64,000 nt of DNA from an uncultured Thermodesulfobacteriota bacterium (GCA_964518865.1 CAZFIB010000003.1:10520-74519); one strand, 5' to 3'; shown: positions 10,222-20,442, numbered from the stretch's first letter. The notes: generated by a model not told the origin, from the sequence alone. Translations and numbers: made by a program.

Positions 10222-10701
10222 TTACATAATGCCGGCGCCGACCATGATCAGAATCGCAATCAGCAGTGCGAATACCGCAAAGGTTTCGGACATGACCGAA
10301 AGAACCATATTCTGGCCCAGCGTTTCAGGCTTTTTGGCTACGGATCCCATGGCGGCCCCGGCCGTCATGCCCTGACCGATCGCGGTCAGGCCGCCCAGTG
10401 CGGAAGCAAGACCTGCACCGAGGCTGATAAGCCCCAGCTCCATGGAAATCGGCTTTATCTCGCCGCCGAGCAGCCCGACGCCCATCAGGATGAGTACGGC
10501 CGTTACGAACCCGTAAATTCCCTGCGTCTGGGGAAACGCCTGCAGGATCAGTACCGGGCCGAATTTTTTAGGGTCTTCGGCTATAACGCCCGCGCCGGCG
10601 GCGCCCGCAATACCGACACCGATTCCGGAACCGATAGCGGCAACGCCCATCGCAAGCCCGGCACCAAGTGCCGCCAGTCCTAAGCCAAGTGTAAATTCCA
10701 T
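10222..10701 (-). CDS. atpK: V/A-type ATP synthase proteolipid subunit K (duplicated 4-TM c subunit)
   Basis: 159 aa, Gly/Ala-rich, two-hairpin proteolipid. It contains TQxxY, Q110 and E139, which align to the E. hirae NtpK Na+ site. Confidence 0.9.
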   Translation of the reverse strand: MEFTLGLGLAALGAGLAMGVAAIGSGIGVGIAGAAGAGVIAEDPKKFGPVLILQAFPQTQGIYGFVTAVLILMGVGLLGGEIKPISMELGLISLGAGLASALGGLTAIGQGMTAGAAMGSVAKKPETLGQNMVLSVMSETFAVFALLIAILIMVGAGIM

Positions 10702-10780
10702 ACCTGTATACCTCCTTACTGCGTTATATGAAATGTATTAATTCTGTTTGCATATCACGAGTCGGCTAAAAAAACCGGCC

Positions 10781-12748
10781 TTACGTTGAAGCCTGTCGTG
10801 CTTCCGTCACTTCCCGCTTGACGCGGAAGGGTTCAAAATCCTCTCCCCCGCCGCTGTAAAACTTGCCGAAAAATTCGACAAAATGAAGGCGGATGCCGTG
10901 GGCAAAAGCCCCCATCAGGTTAAGCACAAAGCTGAACAGATGGCCGCCTGCCAGTATCAGAATCGCCACGATCCAGCCGAAATACGGGATGCCGAACACC
11001 ATCTTTGCGAGCGCGTTGATAGCCACCGCAAGACCGAAGCTCACCAGCCCCAGCGCCATAAGGCGCGCATAGGACAGCGAATCGCCCAGCAGCCCGGTCA
11101 CGCCGAACAGCGCCATGCCTTTTTCGGCATACAGCAGCAGCAGCAGTGCCGGTACCGCGAAAACGATCGCCAGGGTCGATGCCTTGAGATAAAAGCAAAT
11201 CAGGGACAGCTCAAGAAAAAATATCCAGACGTTTTTGAGCGCTTCCGGAATATCGTTCCTGCGCATGTCCTTAATGATACCGACGACGATACCGAGATTG
11301 AGGTGCAGCAGGCCGACGCCGATGGCGAACAGGAGAAAATTGGACACGTCGACCATCGGATTTATAACCACTATTTTGTTCAAAAACGTCATGCCCAGGT
11401 ACTCGGTGGCGAGGTTGCCGAACCACCCCCCCGTCAACGAGCCGAGCACGACTGTGGAGGCTCCGCCAAGGGTCAGCAGCATGCCTGCGCTGCGGTACAG
11501 CGAATAGTATTTGCCGCCGCCGCGCAGGATAAAAACCCCCAGCAGCAGACACATCAGCCCGTACATGGCATCGGTTATCATGAGCCCGAAGAAAAAGAGA
11601 AACGAGGGGAATATGAGCACGGTCGGATCGACCTCGTCATATCGGGGCGGCGCATACAGTTTGACAAGCAGTTCGAAGTGCTTGAGAATGCCCGGGTTGT
11701 CGAGTGCGACCGGCAGTTTTTCCACCGGCTCGTCGGGTTCGGTCGCCTGACCGATTGCAAGCCCGTCACATGCACCCTCAATATCCTGAATCACTTTCTG
11801 CGCATGCTTTGCTGTCACAAAGCCCTCAATGGCAACGACATGCTCTGTGCGAGCGAAGCCGGTATAGGCCTCGGCGCGTTCGCGCTCGATAAGAAGGAGC
11901 TCACGCAGGGCTTTCAGGCGATTGCGGTAGGTTGCAGCGGTTCCCGCAATGAGTTTCCGGCAATGCTGCTGTTTTTCATCGAGGGCGTCGATACGCCTGG
12001 TTATGTCCGCAATGGCGTCGGCGGGTGTCCCCGCGGTGTCGACCGGCTGAATGCGCTCGACATCCCGGCGCCGCAGACAGGCTGCTGCTTCATCCGCATC
12101 ACTGTTCAGGCAAACAAGCAGAATACAGCTTTCAGAATCCGAGACAGCGGTCTCGGCAAAAAACGAGCAGCCGTTGGTAACTTCTTCAATTTCTTCGCGC
12201 AGCGGCCCGAATTCTTTTCCGGGTGCGACCCCGAGCAGTGCGGTGACAAAAGCTCCCTGACCCAGAAGCTCGATGGACACCTGCACTGATTTGATCCGCT
12301 GCAGGGCATCGCGCTGGGCAACGAGGTCCGTTTTTTCGGCCTCGCATTTTTCAAGCAGGGCCAGCTGGTCAGACACTTCCGCCTCAACCGTGGCAACAGC
12401 CGAATCGGTTTCCTTAAACAGGTCCTCTCCCGCAATATCCTCTATTGCTATTTTTTCGGGAGGCGCCGGCGCAAACAGTGTTTTAAAAAAGCCCTCCTCC
12501 TGCTCGGGCGCGACCATGGTAAAAATATCCAGAAGCCGGTTGACGGCCATTATCTGTGTCATTACCCGCCGAACATCGACGGACATGGGGTGTGAGCTCA
12601 GCAGATCGCTCCACTCCTGCGTTGCAAGACGACTGCGAAAGTCGGTAATCTGTACGGCGCCCAGCTCGTGCAGACGCTTGACCGCCTGCTGCTTGACTGA
12701 TTCATGAACGGCAAAGCGGACCCTCTGCATTCTTTCAGGGTAAAACAT
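10781..12748 (-). CDS. atpI: V/A-type ATP synthase subunit I (a subunit)
   Basis: 655 aa with an N-terminal soluble coiled-coil domain and a C-terminal polytopic membrane domain. The start (MFYPERMQRV) is typical. Confidence 0.9.
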   Translation of the reverse strand: MFYPERMQRVRFAVHESVKQQAVKRLHELGAVQITDFRSRLATQEWSDLLSSHPMSVDVRRVMTQIMAVNRLLDIFTMVAPEQEEGFFKTLFAPAPPEKIAIEDIAGEDLFKETDSAVATVEAEVSDQLALLEKCEAEKTDLVAQRDALQRIKSVQVSIELLGQGAFVTALLGVAPGKEFGPLREEIEEVTNGCSFFAETAVSDSESCILLVCLNSDADEAAACLRRRDVERIQPVDTAGTPADAIADITRRIDALDEKQQHCRKLIAGTAATYRNRLKALRELLLIERERAEAYTGFARTEHVVAIEGFVTAKHAQKVIQDIEGACDGLAIGQATEPDEPVEKLPVALDNPGILKHFELLVKLYAPPRYDEVDPTVLIFPSFLFFFGLMITDAMYGLMCLLLGVFILRGGGKYYSLYRSAGMLLTLGGASTVVLGSLTGGWFGNLATEYLGMTFLNKIVVINPMVDVSNFLLFAIGVGLLHLNLGIVVGIIKDMRRNDIPEALKNVWIFFLELSLICFYLKASTLAIVFAVPALLLLLYAEKGMALFGVTGLLGDSLSYARLMALGLVSFGLAVAINALAKMVFGIPYFGWIVAILILAGGHLFSFVLNLMGAFAHGIRLHFVEFFGKFYSGGGEDFEPFRVKREVTEARQAST

Positions 12749-13063
12749 TTAGCCCTCTCCTATCATCCGGCTGACTATAATCTTTGCAGCTGCCTGCACA
12801 TGGGCTTCGCCGCTTTCGGTGACGCTCCGTGCGCTTTCCCCGCCTTCCTTGACAATTGACTCAGCCTGTGCCTCAGCTTCAGCGCAGGCTTTTTGTATGA
12901 TTTCATCTGCCGTGCGTTCAGCCTCCTTTTCGGCGTCGGCAATGATCTGCTTTGCCTCGGATTCTGATTTTGCCAGCATATCGGCCGCTTTTTTCTTTGA
13001 CGCCTCTATGCGTTCCTGAACTTTCTGTTCGGCTTCCTTGATTTTTTTAAGGGAATCGATCAT
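12749..13063 (-). CDS. atpH: V/A-type ATP synthase subunit H (G-like stalk subunit)
   Basis: 104 aa charged helical protein (KE-rich). It is the first gene of the operon, immediately upstream of atpI. Confidence 0.6.
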   Translation of the reverse strand: MIDSLKKIKEAEQKVQERIEASKKKAADMLAKSESEAKQIIADAEKEAERTADEIIQKACAEAEAQAESIVKEGGESARSVTESGEAHVQAAAKIIVSRMIGEG

Positions 13064-13311
13064 CGATGCCTCCCAAAAGTGAACTGCGATGCTGTATGCT
13101 CCGGGTACACGTTAGTCAACAGCACGGTGACGTGCGGGTTCTAAGATTTACCTAAAAAACCGTATTAAATCAAGGACATTTTTAGCGTGGGTGTTTTTTT
13201 AAAACCAGTATAGTTTTTTATAGTCCTGTGTATAAAAAAATGTTAAAGTTTTCTAAACTATTCCTATAAATCATATGATTACTTGATATATTTTCAAAGC
13301 ATTCTGAAAGA

Positions 13312-16300
13312 ATGAGGTGCACTGATTCTATGATAACACAAACTGCAGGACACAGTTCTAAAGTCATAGGCAGACTTGCAATCATGCTCCTGCTGCTATG
13401 CCCGTCCGCGCACGGAGCAACGCTTGGCGTTCAAAAGGAGGGCGGCGCCTGCGACCCGAGCGGAACACCCTATTATTGCACAATCCAAAGCGCTCTTGCG
13501 GCTGCAAGCAACGGAGACACTGTATGCGTGTATGCAGCGACATCCACCGGCGCCTATGTCGAGGCGTTGACACTGACCAGGCAGGTTTCACTTGTCGGCA
13601 AAAAAAGTGACGGCAGCGATGCCTGGTCGGCGGGCCTTGCAGGCTCACTCAGCGGAGCACCGATCCTGACCATCACCGACACCTCTTCGTTTGCTTCTCA
13701 GCCGGTGGTGACGATAGGCGGGGCATCCGGAATCTCGATGCAGGGCCTTACCATTGACTCGCGCGGCTATCCCCTGACCTGCACCGCCATTACTTCGACC
13801 AGCTACGTATCGGTTACCTACTGCGATTTTCTAATGGGAGGAGATGCCGGAACCGACTGCGCGATCGGCGTGTATGACAATAACATTCCTGACAATATTA
13901 CCGTCACCTTTTGCAGGTTTGTCGGTCAGACAACCGGCACGGCCAACTGGTTTGCGGTTATGGGCGGTGCGGGGATAAGCTCCGTAACGCTTTCCTGCAA
14001 TCAGATAACGCGCACAAGCTCACTGCTCAGCCTTGGCAGTGCCGGCGACGTGCGTAATGTTCTCTACAACCGCAACACGTTTTACGGTACCGCGGGAGCC
14101 ATATTACTCAGTGATCCGCTCGGTGTGTCGGCAAAGGACTTTGCAAACATCCGTATCATTGACAACGAATTCGATGCAACCAATGAATATGCGGTTGTTG
14201 TAAGCAGTAACGTTGGCACAGATGATGCGGAAAACGGCGACTGGCGCTCGAACCTGGTTGTCAACAACAATGCCATCAAGACTTTGACGTCCTCAAGCTA
14301 CCCTGTCGTCGGTTTCGTCAGTTCCACGTTCAATATCACCCCGACCTATTATATGGACGCACAGCTGAACTGGTGGGGCGATCTGGACGGACCGGCGGAT
14401 GTTTCGTCCCGCGTGGATTACAGCCCCTGGATTGCCCAGGCGCAGGAGTACCGCACCGGCGGGGACCCGGCCTACTGGGGCACAAACGACAGCATTACCG
14501 ACGCCCTGGCGCAGGCCGGTGCAAACGACACGGTGTATGTGGTTGCCAAAGGCAGCCCCTTTGCCGAGTCGGTAACCGTGACGACCAGCCTGACCCTTAC
14601 GGGCAGAACAAGCGCGGGTGCGGACGCCTGGACCACCGGCACGGCCGGCGCCGCATCGGGAGCGCCGATTCTCGCTATTACGAATACGTCATTTTCAAAT
14701 CCCTTGATGCTTATTCGATCAACCGCAAACAATACGACTCTCAAAGGGTTTAAAATTAATACGGGTGGTGCTGTGGCACAGCAAATATCATGTACAACTT
14801 TTGGAGGCGCTGTAAGCAATGTTGATATTTCATATTGTGACTATGCGCTTGATGAAGGAGATAAAGCTATCGCTGTTGATTACGGAAACAGCATCAGCAA
14901 CCTTACTGCTACGTACAATACCTTCACCGGCCAAAATGACAATATTAGTAATTGGTTTTTTGTTGGCGAAAATGGGAGCGGAGGTGCAGTAAACAATGCA
15001 ATCCTTTCAAACAATTCAATAACAAATGCGATGTCAACGCTGCAGCTGAACAACTCAATTAAAAAAATACGTTATTCCAATAATACATTTAACAACAGCT
15101 GGGACGGGGGCGCAATTGCAACAAAAGCCGGGTATCTTCTTATTGAAGAACCTAACGATGACAATCCGAACATTATTCAAGGTATTACGATAACGCACAA
15201 CACCTTTAATAACGGTAATCCGGACACCGAGCCGAATGAATTCGGCGTTTTGATAGCAAATACCGTCGATCTTAATGAAACCGACTGGGAATCAAATCTT
15301 GCGATTCATTTCAATAATTTCCTTCAGGATGATGATAACGGAGGTTTCCCAATCGCAGGTTTTCAAACGGGTTCCCCGGATCATGCTAGCGAGATAACCG
15401 CGACAAAAAACTATTGGTCAGCGGCACCTAATGTGAGCAGCAACGGTATGGTTTCCGACAATGTGAAATATAACCCCTGGGTCAGAAGCGGAATCGATGG
15501 CGGATCCTATGCGGTACTCGGCGCCAACACAGTCGACTATATAACCGACACCACGAACGGCATTTACCTGACCGTCGAAACCGGTGCCGGTGGCGCGACC
15601 CTGCTGCCCACAAAATACGTCGGCAATCCCACCTCCACCTCACTGACAAGCGCGCAGGGGTATTTCGATCTCGGAATCAAGTCCGGCACAATCGATAAAA
15701 TAACCGCGACATTCACCTACTCCGGCAGCGACCCGAGCATCTCGAACCCGGCTGTCTGGTATAACGGCAGCACATGGGTTTCCTGCTCCAACCAGTCCCT
15801 CGATGCCTCGGCAAATGCGGTTACCGTTTACATCACCGACACAAGTCAGATTACGCCGACCATGAGCGATGTCGGAACCATTCACAATATAACACCCTCG
15901 ACCTTTTTCGCTCTCGCATTCTCGACAACCACAACGACAGCGCCCTCCACAAGCACATCATCGGCTGCGGCCACAACGACAAGCGTAACCGCCACATCCA
16001 CAACCACCTCAACCGGCGGCGGGGGAGGCAGCACGACAACGTCGACGAGCACCGTCCCGTCGACAACCACATCCGCGCTGCCTGATACCGCGAGCACGAC
16101 CACGATCGGGGTACCGCAGCTGAGCATAACGCCCGCTTCGCTCGAATTCGCCGACAATGAAAGCGCAAAGCAGCTCAGCATTGCCAATACCGGCACCGGA
16201 ACGCTCGACTGGTCGATCGACGACAATGCAACCTCGTATGCTGAGACAAGCGGATGGGTCTTCTCCGCGCGTCCCTCGACAGGACAGGTCATGGATACCC

Positions 16301-17064
16301 CTGATTCCGTCACCCTGACGGTCAGCCGCACGCTTCTGTCGCCGGGCACCTACAGTGCCGAAATCCCGGTCATGTCGAATGCCGGCGATGCCGACATCGA
16401 CGTGGAGATGGAAGTCGCCCGAAGCGAGCTTCCGATCATGTCCGTGCGGCCGCGCCTGCTTCTTTTCCTGCTGGACGATATCGACAACCAGACCATGACC
16501 GTGCGAAACCTTTTTTCAGGAACGCTTCTCTGGGAACTTGAGGACCCGATATATCACCGCGGTGAGGGGTGGCTCTCCTTCACGCCCTCATCGGGCTCTG
16601 TCCGGCGCGAAGCCGACACCGTTACCGTGAGCGTAACGCGGGATGCCATGTCGCCCGGACTGTACAGCGCAACCGTTCCCGTGCGCTCCAACTTCAACCG
16701 CCGGAACATCACGGTCGTCATGCTTGTGCAGGAAGGGCCCGACCTGCAGATCTCGCCGTCGCTTCTGTTTTTCGGCCGCAATGACGAAAATGAAAAAGAG
16801 GTGCTCCTCACGAATACCGGTTCGGGAATTGCGAACTGGACGATTGATTCGGATGCCATCGACTACCGGGGTGGCGACACGCCATGGGTGGTATCGGTAA
16901 GCCCTCTGTCGGGCTCCACCGAAACGCTTGAGGAGGACACCGTTACCGTTACCGTCAGCAGGGACTCTCTCGGTTTCGGCCTGTACCGTGCGATCATTCC
17001 GATAACATCGGCAAACGGCGGCGACAAAAAAATCAACGTGTATTTACTGGTACCGTTTTTGTAA
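13312..17064 (+). CDS. giant secreted surface protein
   Basis: Signal peptide, then two parallel beta-helix modules each ending in an NWWG..DGP motif, then a Thr/Ser-rich linker, then 3x DUF1573/BACON-like Ig domains. Confidence 0.8.
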   Translation: MRCTDSMITQTAGHSSKVIGRLAIMLLLLCPSAHGATLGVQKEGGACDPSGTPYYCTIQSALAAASNGDTVCVYAATSTGAYVEALTLTRQVSLVGKKSDGSDAWSAGLAGSLSGAPILTITDTSSFASQPVVTIGGASGISMQGLTIDSRGYPLTCTAITSTSYVSVTYCDFLMGGDAGTDCAIGVYDNNIPDNITVTFCRFVGQTTGTANWFAVMGGAGISSVTLSCNQITRTSSLLSLGSAGDVRNVLYNRNTFYGTAGAILLSDPLGVSAKDFANIRIIDNEFDATNEYAVVVSSNVGTDDAENGDWRSNLVVNNNAIKTLTSSSYPVVGFVSSTFNITPTYYMDAQLNWWGDLDGPADVSSRVDYSPWIAQAQEYRTGGDPAYWGTNDSITDALAQAGANDTVYVVAKGSPFAESVTVTTSLTLTGRTSAGADAWTTGTAGAASGAPILAITNTSFSNPLMLIRSTANNTTLKGFKINTGGAVAQQISCTTFGGAVSNVDISYCDYALDEGDKAIAVDYGNSISNLTATYNTFTGQNDNISNWFFVGENGSGGAVNNAILSNNSITNAMSTLQLNNSIKKIRYSNNTFNNSWDGGAIATKAGYLLIEEPNDDNPNIIQGITITHNTFNNGNPDTEPNEFGVLIANTVDLNETDWESNLAIHFNNFLQDDDNGGFPIAGFQTGSPDHASEITATKNYWSAAPNVSSNGMVSDNVKYNPWVRSGIDGGSYAVLGANTVDYITDTTNGIYLTVETGAGGATLLPTKYVGNPTSTSLTSAQGYFDLGIKSGTIDKITATFTYSGSDPSISNPAVWYNGSTWVSCSNQSLDASANAVTVYITDTSQITPTMSDVGTIHNITPSTFFALAFSTTTTTAPSTSTSSAAATTTSVTATSTTTSTGGGGGSTTTSTSTVPSTTTSALPDTASTTTIGVPQLSITPASLEFADNESAKQLSIANTGTGTLDWSIDDNATSYAETSGWVFSARPSTGQVMDTPDSVTLTVSRTLLSPGTYSAEIPVMSNAGDADIDVEMEVARSELPIMSVRPRLLLFLLDDIDNQTMTVRNLFSGTLLWELEDPIYHRGEGWLSFTPSSGSVRREADTVTVSVTRDAMSPGLYSATVPVRSNFNRRNITVVMLVQEGPDLQISPSLLFFGRNDENEKEVLLTNTGSGIANWTIDSDAIDYRGGDTPWVVSVSPLSGSTETLEEDTVTVTVSRDSLGFGLYRAIIPITSANGGDKKINVYLLVPFL

Positions 17065-17275
17065 GTACAGCTCTGGTGCCGAAAACGAACCTTCAGCTGC
17101 AGCGCACAAAGCCGGGCTGATCTCAGCGTGTCCGTCAATACTGATGTCATTCAGGTATCTGCCGGGCTCTCTGGGCAATTCACGGAAATTCATAGCCTGC
17201 CTGATCTTCAGATGTTTCCCGGACCCTGCGATCACGTCGCAGGGTGACATATCACCAAGAGCAATAAAGCGGGGC

Positions 17276-17395
17276 CAGAGCAATTTTCAATTTTTTGCAG
17301 CCGTTTTTTTGTCATTTCGACCGCAGGGGGAAATCGCTTCAGGAGCGTGCGCTTTCTCAGTCGCCGTGCTCCCTGAAAATGACAGAATGGCCTTG
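17276..17395 (-). repeat. structured ~110-nt intergenic repeat element, copy A
   Basis: Reverse complement is ~85% identical to copies at 43221-43330 and 48621-48740. It has nested inverted repeats (GTCATTTC.../...GAAATGAC) and a conserved flank 'CGGCTGCA...AAAATTGCTCTG'. Confidence 0.7.
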
Positions 17396-17483
17396 AGTAT
17401 TGTGAAAAATGGTTTAGTCCGGACGGTTTGAGCTGGTAACCGTGCCTGTTTTGTGTGATTTATACTGCATTATGATTGCACTG

Positions 17484-19340
17484 TCATGACAGGTTGATCT
17501 TCACCCTTCCGCGCGACTTGATGAGCGCGATGATGTGCTGTGCTTCTTCGAAATCGGGTTTTATGTGCAGCACGCGGTCGAAAACCTCAAGAGCTTTGTC
17601 ATTCATGCCGGCATTTGCATATGCCGCTCCCAGAATAAACAGCGCATTGAGGTTGTAGGGCTGACGGGAGACGACACGCTCGAGCACCTCAATACCCCTG
17701 TCGAGCCTGCCGGTCGTGATATGGGCCCGGCCGGCAGTCGTCAGCACATCCATTCTGTTTTCGTTGTAAGATATAGCTTTCAGTGCGTTTTGCAGAGCCG
17801 GTTCATTGCGGCCCGTGCGCTCCATACGCATGGCCGAATAAAAGTATTTTTCACAGTACAGGTCCTTGACCGCGTACCGGGCGTAGAAAGCTCCGCAGAC
17901 AAGCACAACTGCTGCAAGCGCTGCGGCAGCAGGCCGTGGAAACGACCGCTGCATAGATGCTCTGCCGGGACGCTGTCGCGTATACATACCGCTCAGCATA
18001 CCCAGATACACAAACAGCAGCAGCGGCGGCATGGAACGCTGAAAGGGAAAACTGAAAAAAGCGGTAACCCCGAGGGATACGATGCCGCACAGCAGACCTG
18101 CGGCGATTGCCTGTTCGGACCGGCTGCTGCCGGCCCTGATAATTTTCACGGCCGGATAAAAAGCCGACATAAACAGGAAAACAAACAGCAGCATACCCGG
18201 AAGGCCGAGCTCGACTGTCATCTGGACGTAATCATTGTGCGCCCGGCGTATCTGCTTTGTTTTATCGAATGCCCTGTCGAATTCACGGCTGTAAGTATAG
18301 CGTGGATACTGCAGCTTGAACGAGCCGGGACCGAACCCCGTGACAGGCCGGTCCAGTACCATATCAAAGCTGTTTTTCCAGATGGTGACCCGATAGACTG
18401 CGCTGGGGCCGAACATTTTTCCTATCTTATCTGGACGGCCTGCAGCTAAAAAATAGAAGCCCGCACACAGGATACATGCCAGCAAAGCAGTATAACCCGC
18501 ATAAACACGCCAATGCTGCCTGCGCACAACGGCGAGCAACATCACGGCGCTGCCCGCAGCAACGAGTACGGCAAGCCATGCAGCCCTGCAGTGCGTATAA
18601 TAAAGAAATACCAGTGAACACAGGACCAGCGCCACGGCTGACATGCGACGGATGGTTTTGTGCGTAAGAAAAGCGGCCGCTGTTAAGACGGGAAGTGTTA
18701 TGGCAAGATACTGCGCAGCCATATTGGGGTTTGCAAAAACAGCCGCCGGGGACTCCCGCAGCGGCACAACCTGCAAACCGAACAGCTGCTGGCACAGTCC
18801 AAGCAGCACGACCCCTGCCCCGGCAAGTATGATAACCGCACAAAATCGTCTGAGCCATCCGGCCTGTTCGGCACACATAACGGTAAAAAAATAAGCAAGT
18901 CCGCATGCCGACCAGTGCAGTGCAGCGTACAGGCCCTCGTAGTGATTATTCGACCACAGCAGCTGCACAAGGGACCACACTATAAAAAGAGCCGCCAAGA
19001 TATCGACCAGATTGGAGCTTATGATGACCCTCCCGGCAATACAGCGGCGCACAGCCCATACAAGAGCCATAAAAAACATACACAGCTGTATGAAATAGCG
19101 CTGCGGCATATCCGCAAAATTGCTCAACCCCTTAATAAACACAAACGGAGCAAAGAGCAGCACACCGCACATAAGTATGCCCGAAACTCCCAGCAGTCGG
19201 GAATCCCACATCTGCGCGGCAAGTCCCAGAGTTTGATACACTTCGGAAACCGCAACATCAAGCTCAGCTGCGATCTGCTCCGGGGACCGGCCGGGATAAC
19301 TTTTTTTTATCTGTTTTATCTGCTTACTGGAGAGCTGCAT
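17484..19340 (-). CDS. O-antigen ligase family (Wzy_C) polytopic membrane protein with C-terminal TPR repeats
   Basis: 'RRAHNDYVQMTVELGLPG' is the Wzy_C signature. It has ~10-12 TM helices and C-terminal TPRs. Its start lies 3 nt after the stop of the upstream PQQ gene. Confidence 0.75.
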   Translation of the reverse strand: MQLSSKQIKQIKKSYPGRSPEQIAAELDVAVSEVYQTLGLAAQMWDSRLLGVSGILMCGVLLFAPFVFIKGLSNFADMPQRYFIQLCMFFMALVWAVRRCIAGRVIISSNLVDILAALFIVWSLVQLLWSNNHYEGLYAALHWSACGLAYFFTVMCAEQAGWLRRFCAVIILAGAGVVLLGLCQQLFGLQVVPLRESPAAVFANPNMAAQYLAITLPVLTAAAFLTHKTIRRMSAVALVLCSLVFLYYTHCRAAWLAVLVAAGSAVMLLAVVRRQHWRVYAGYTALLACILCAGFYFLAAGRPDKIGKMFGPSAVYRVTIWKNSFDMVLDRPVTGFGPGSFKLQYPRYTYSREFDRAFDKTKQIRRAHNDYVQMTVELGLPGMLLFVFLFMSAFYPAVKIIRAGSSRSEQAIAAGLLCGIVSLGVTAFFSFPFQRSMPPLLLFVYLGMLSGMYTRQRPGRASMQRSFPRPAAAALAAVVLVCGAFYARYAVKDLYCEKYFYSAMRMERTGRNEPALQNALKAISYNENRMDVLTTAGRAHITTGRLDRGIEVLERVVSRQPYNLNALFILGAAYANAGMNDKALEVFDRVLHIKPDFEEAQHIIALIKSRGRVKINLS

Positions 19341-19343
19341 AAC

Positions 19344-20375
19344 TCAGTTCAAACGAACACCCCTGACATAGTATTTTGCAGCGACTATTGCTTTTTCGCG
19401 TTGTATAATAATAAATCTACCCGGCGGCAGCATCGTCGTCTCCTGCTCCTTACCTGAGTCGGCATTAATTTTATAAAGACGGCCGCTGATATCTTTTACA
19501 AAAACACTTCCGGCATGCACTACCGGAGGCACAAGCCATGCCGGTCTGGCAGTTGCAAATGTCCAGAGTACGGTCCCGTATTCTGCATCATAACAATGCA
19601 GTTCACCCGCCGCCACATACAGCCTGTTCCCATAAAAAAGCGGTTTTGCAAATACAGGCCACTGAAGCTTTTTTTCCCATACAATATGACCGGTTTTTAC
19701 ATTGATTCCGAGCAAATATTTTTCCATTGTGGCAACGAATGCCGTTTGGTTTGTTGCGACAAGTACTGTAAGTCGCACGTCGTTTTCAATTCTCCAAAGC
19801 TGCTTGCCGTTAGATCCGTCATAACAGCTTAAAGCGCCCTGAGCAGCCACAAGAACGTCTGTGCCGGCCGCTGCCAGCAATATGCGTCCGCTGTCTGTCC
19901 TGACCGTCCAATGCCGGTGTCCGGTGTCGGAACTAAGACAATAGAGTTTCGATTGTATTACAATATACACAAATTCGTCCATCACTACCGGCTGTGATAC
20001 ACTCCAGTCATCGCCCCAGAAATCCCATTGCAGTTCTCCGGTGAGAGCGTCAAGGCAATACAGGCCGCCGCTCTGGAAGTAGACCCGCCCATTGTGCACA
20101 ACCGGCTTTGAAGGAGACAGCCCAAAAGGCTTAAAGGTCCAGAGCAGGCTGCCGTCCGCCGCATTAAAACAATAAATCCGGTCACTGCTGACATAAACGT
20201 TCGAATTGTTGTCTGTCGCAAGCAGCACCTGAGGAAAGCCGGTACGAAACTTCCATGCATAGTTGACTGTATCTTCGAGACAACCCGCGGAAACGATGAT
20301 AAAAACAATCAAGCAGACTGCTTTAAGCATTTTAGATTGAAATAGACAAAACGTTTGCACAATATTCTTTTTCAC
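19344..20375 (-). CDS. PQQ-repeat beta-propeller lipoprotein (BamB-like)
   Basis: Repeated 'G.LY..D...G...W' propeller blades and a lipobox (…VSAGC). The true start may be the internal ATG at ~20330 (MLKAVCLIVF...). Confidence 0.75.
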   Translation of the reverse strand: MKKNIVQTFCLFQSKMLKAVCLIVFIIVSAGCLEDTVNYAWKFRTGFPQVLLATDNNSNVYVSSDRIYCFNAADGSLLWTFKPFGLSPSKPVVHNGRVYFQSGGLYCLDALTGELQWDFWGDDWSVSQPVVMDEFVYIVIQSKLYCLSSDTGHRHWTVRTDSGRILLAAAGTDVLVAAQGALSCYDGSNGKQLWRIENDVRLTVLVATNQTAFVATMEKYLLGINVKTGHIVWEKKLQWPVFAKPLFYGNRLYVAAGELHCYDAEYGTVLWTFATARPAWLVPPVVHAGSVFVKDISGRLYKINADSGKEQETTMLPPGRFIIIQREKAIVAAKYYVRGVRLN

Positions 20376-20442
20376 AATTTAGATAAAAAAGCGTTTGGTT
20401 TGCAATCCGTGCAAAACAGTTTATAGCGACGATTTCGGAAAG

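Noticed and set aside
10883-12289. 468-aa plus-strand ORF
   Set aside because: It is antisense to atpI, with a low-complexity Q/R-rich translation.
17535-18449. 304-aa plus-strand ORF
   Set aside because: It is antisense to the Wzy_C gene.
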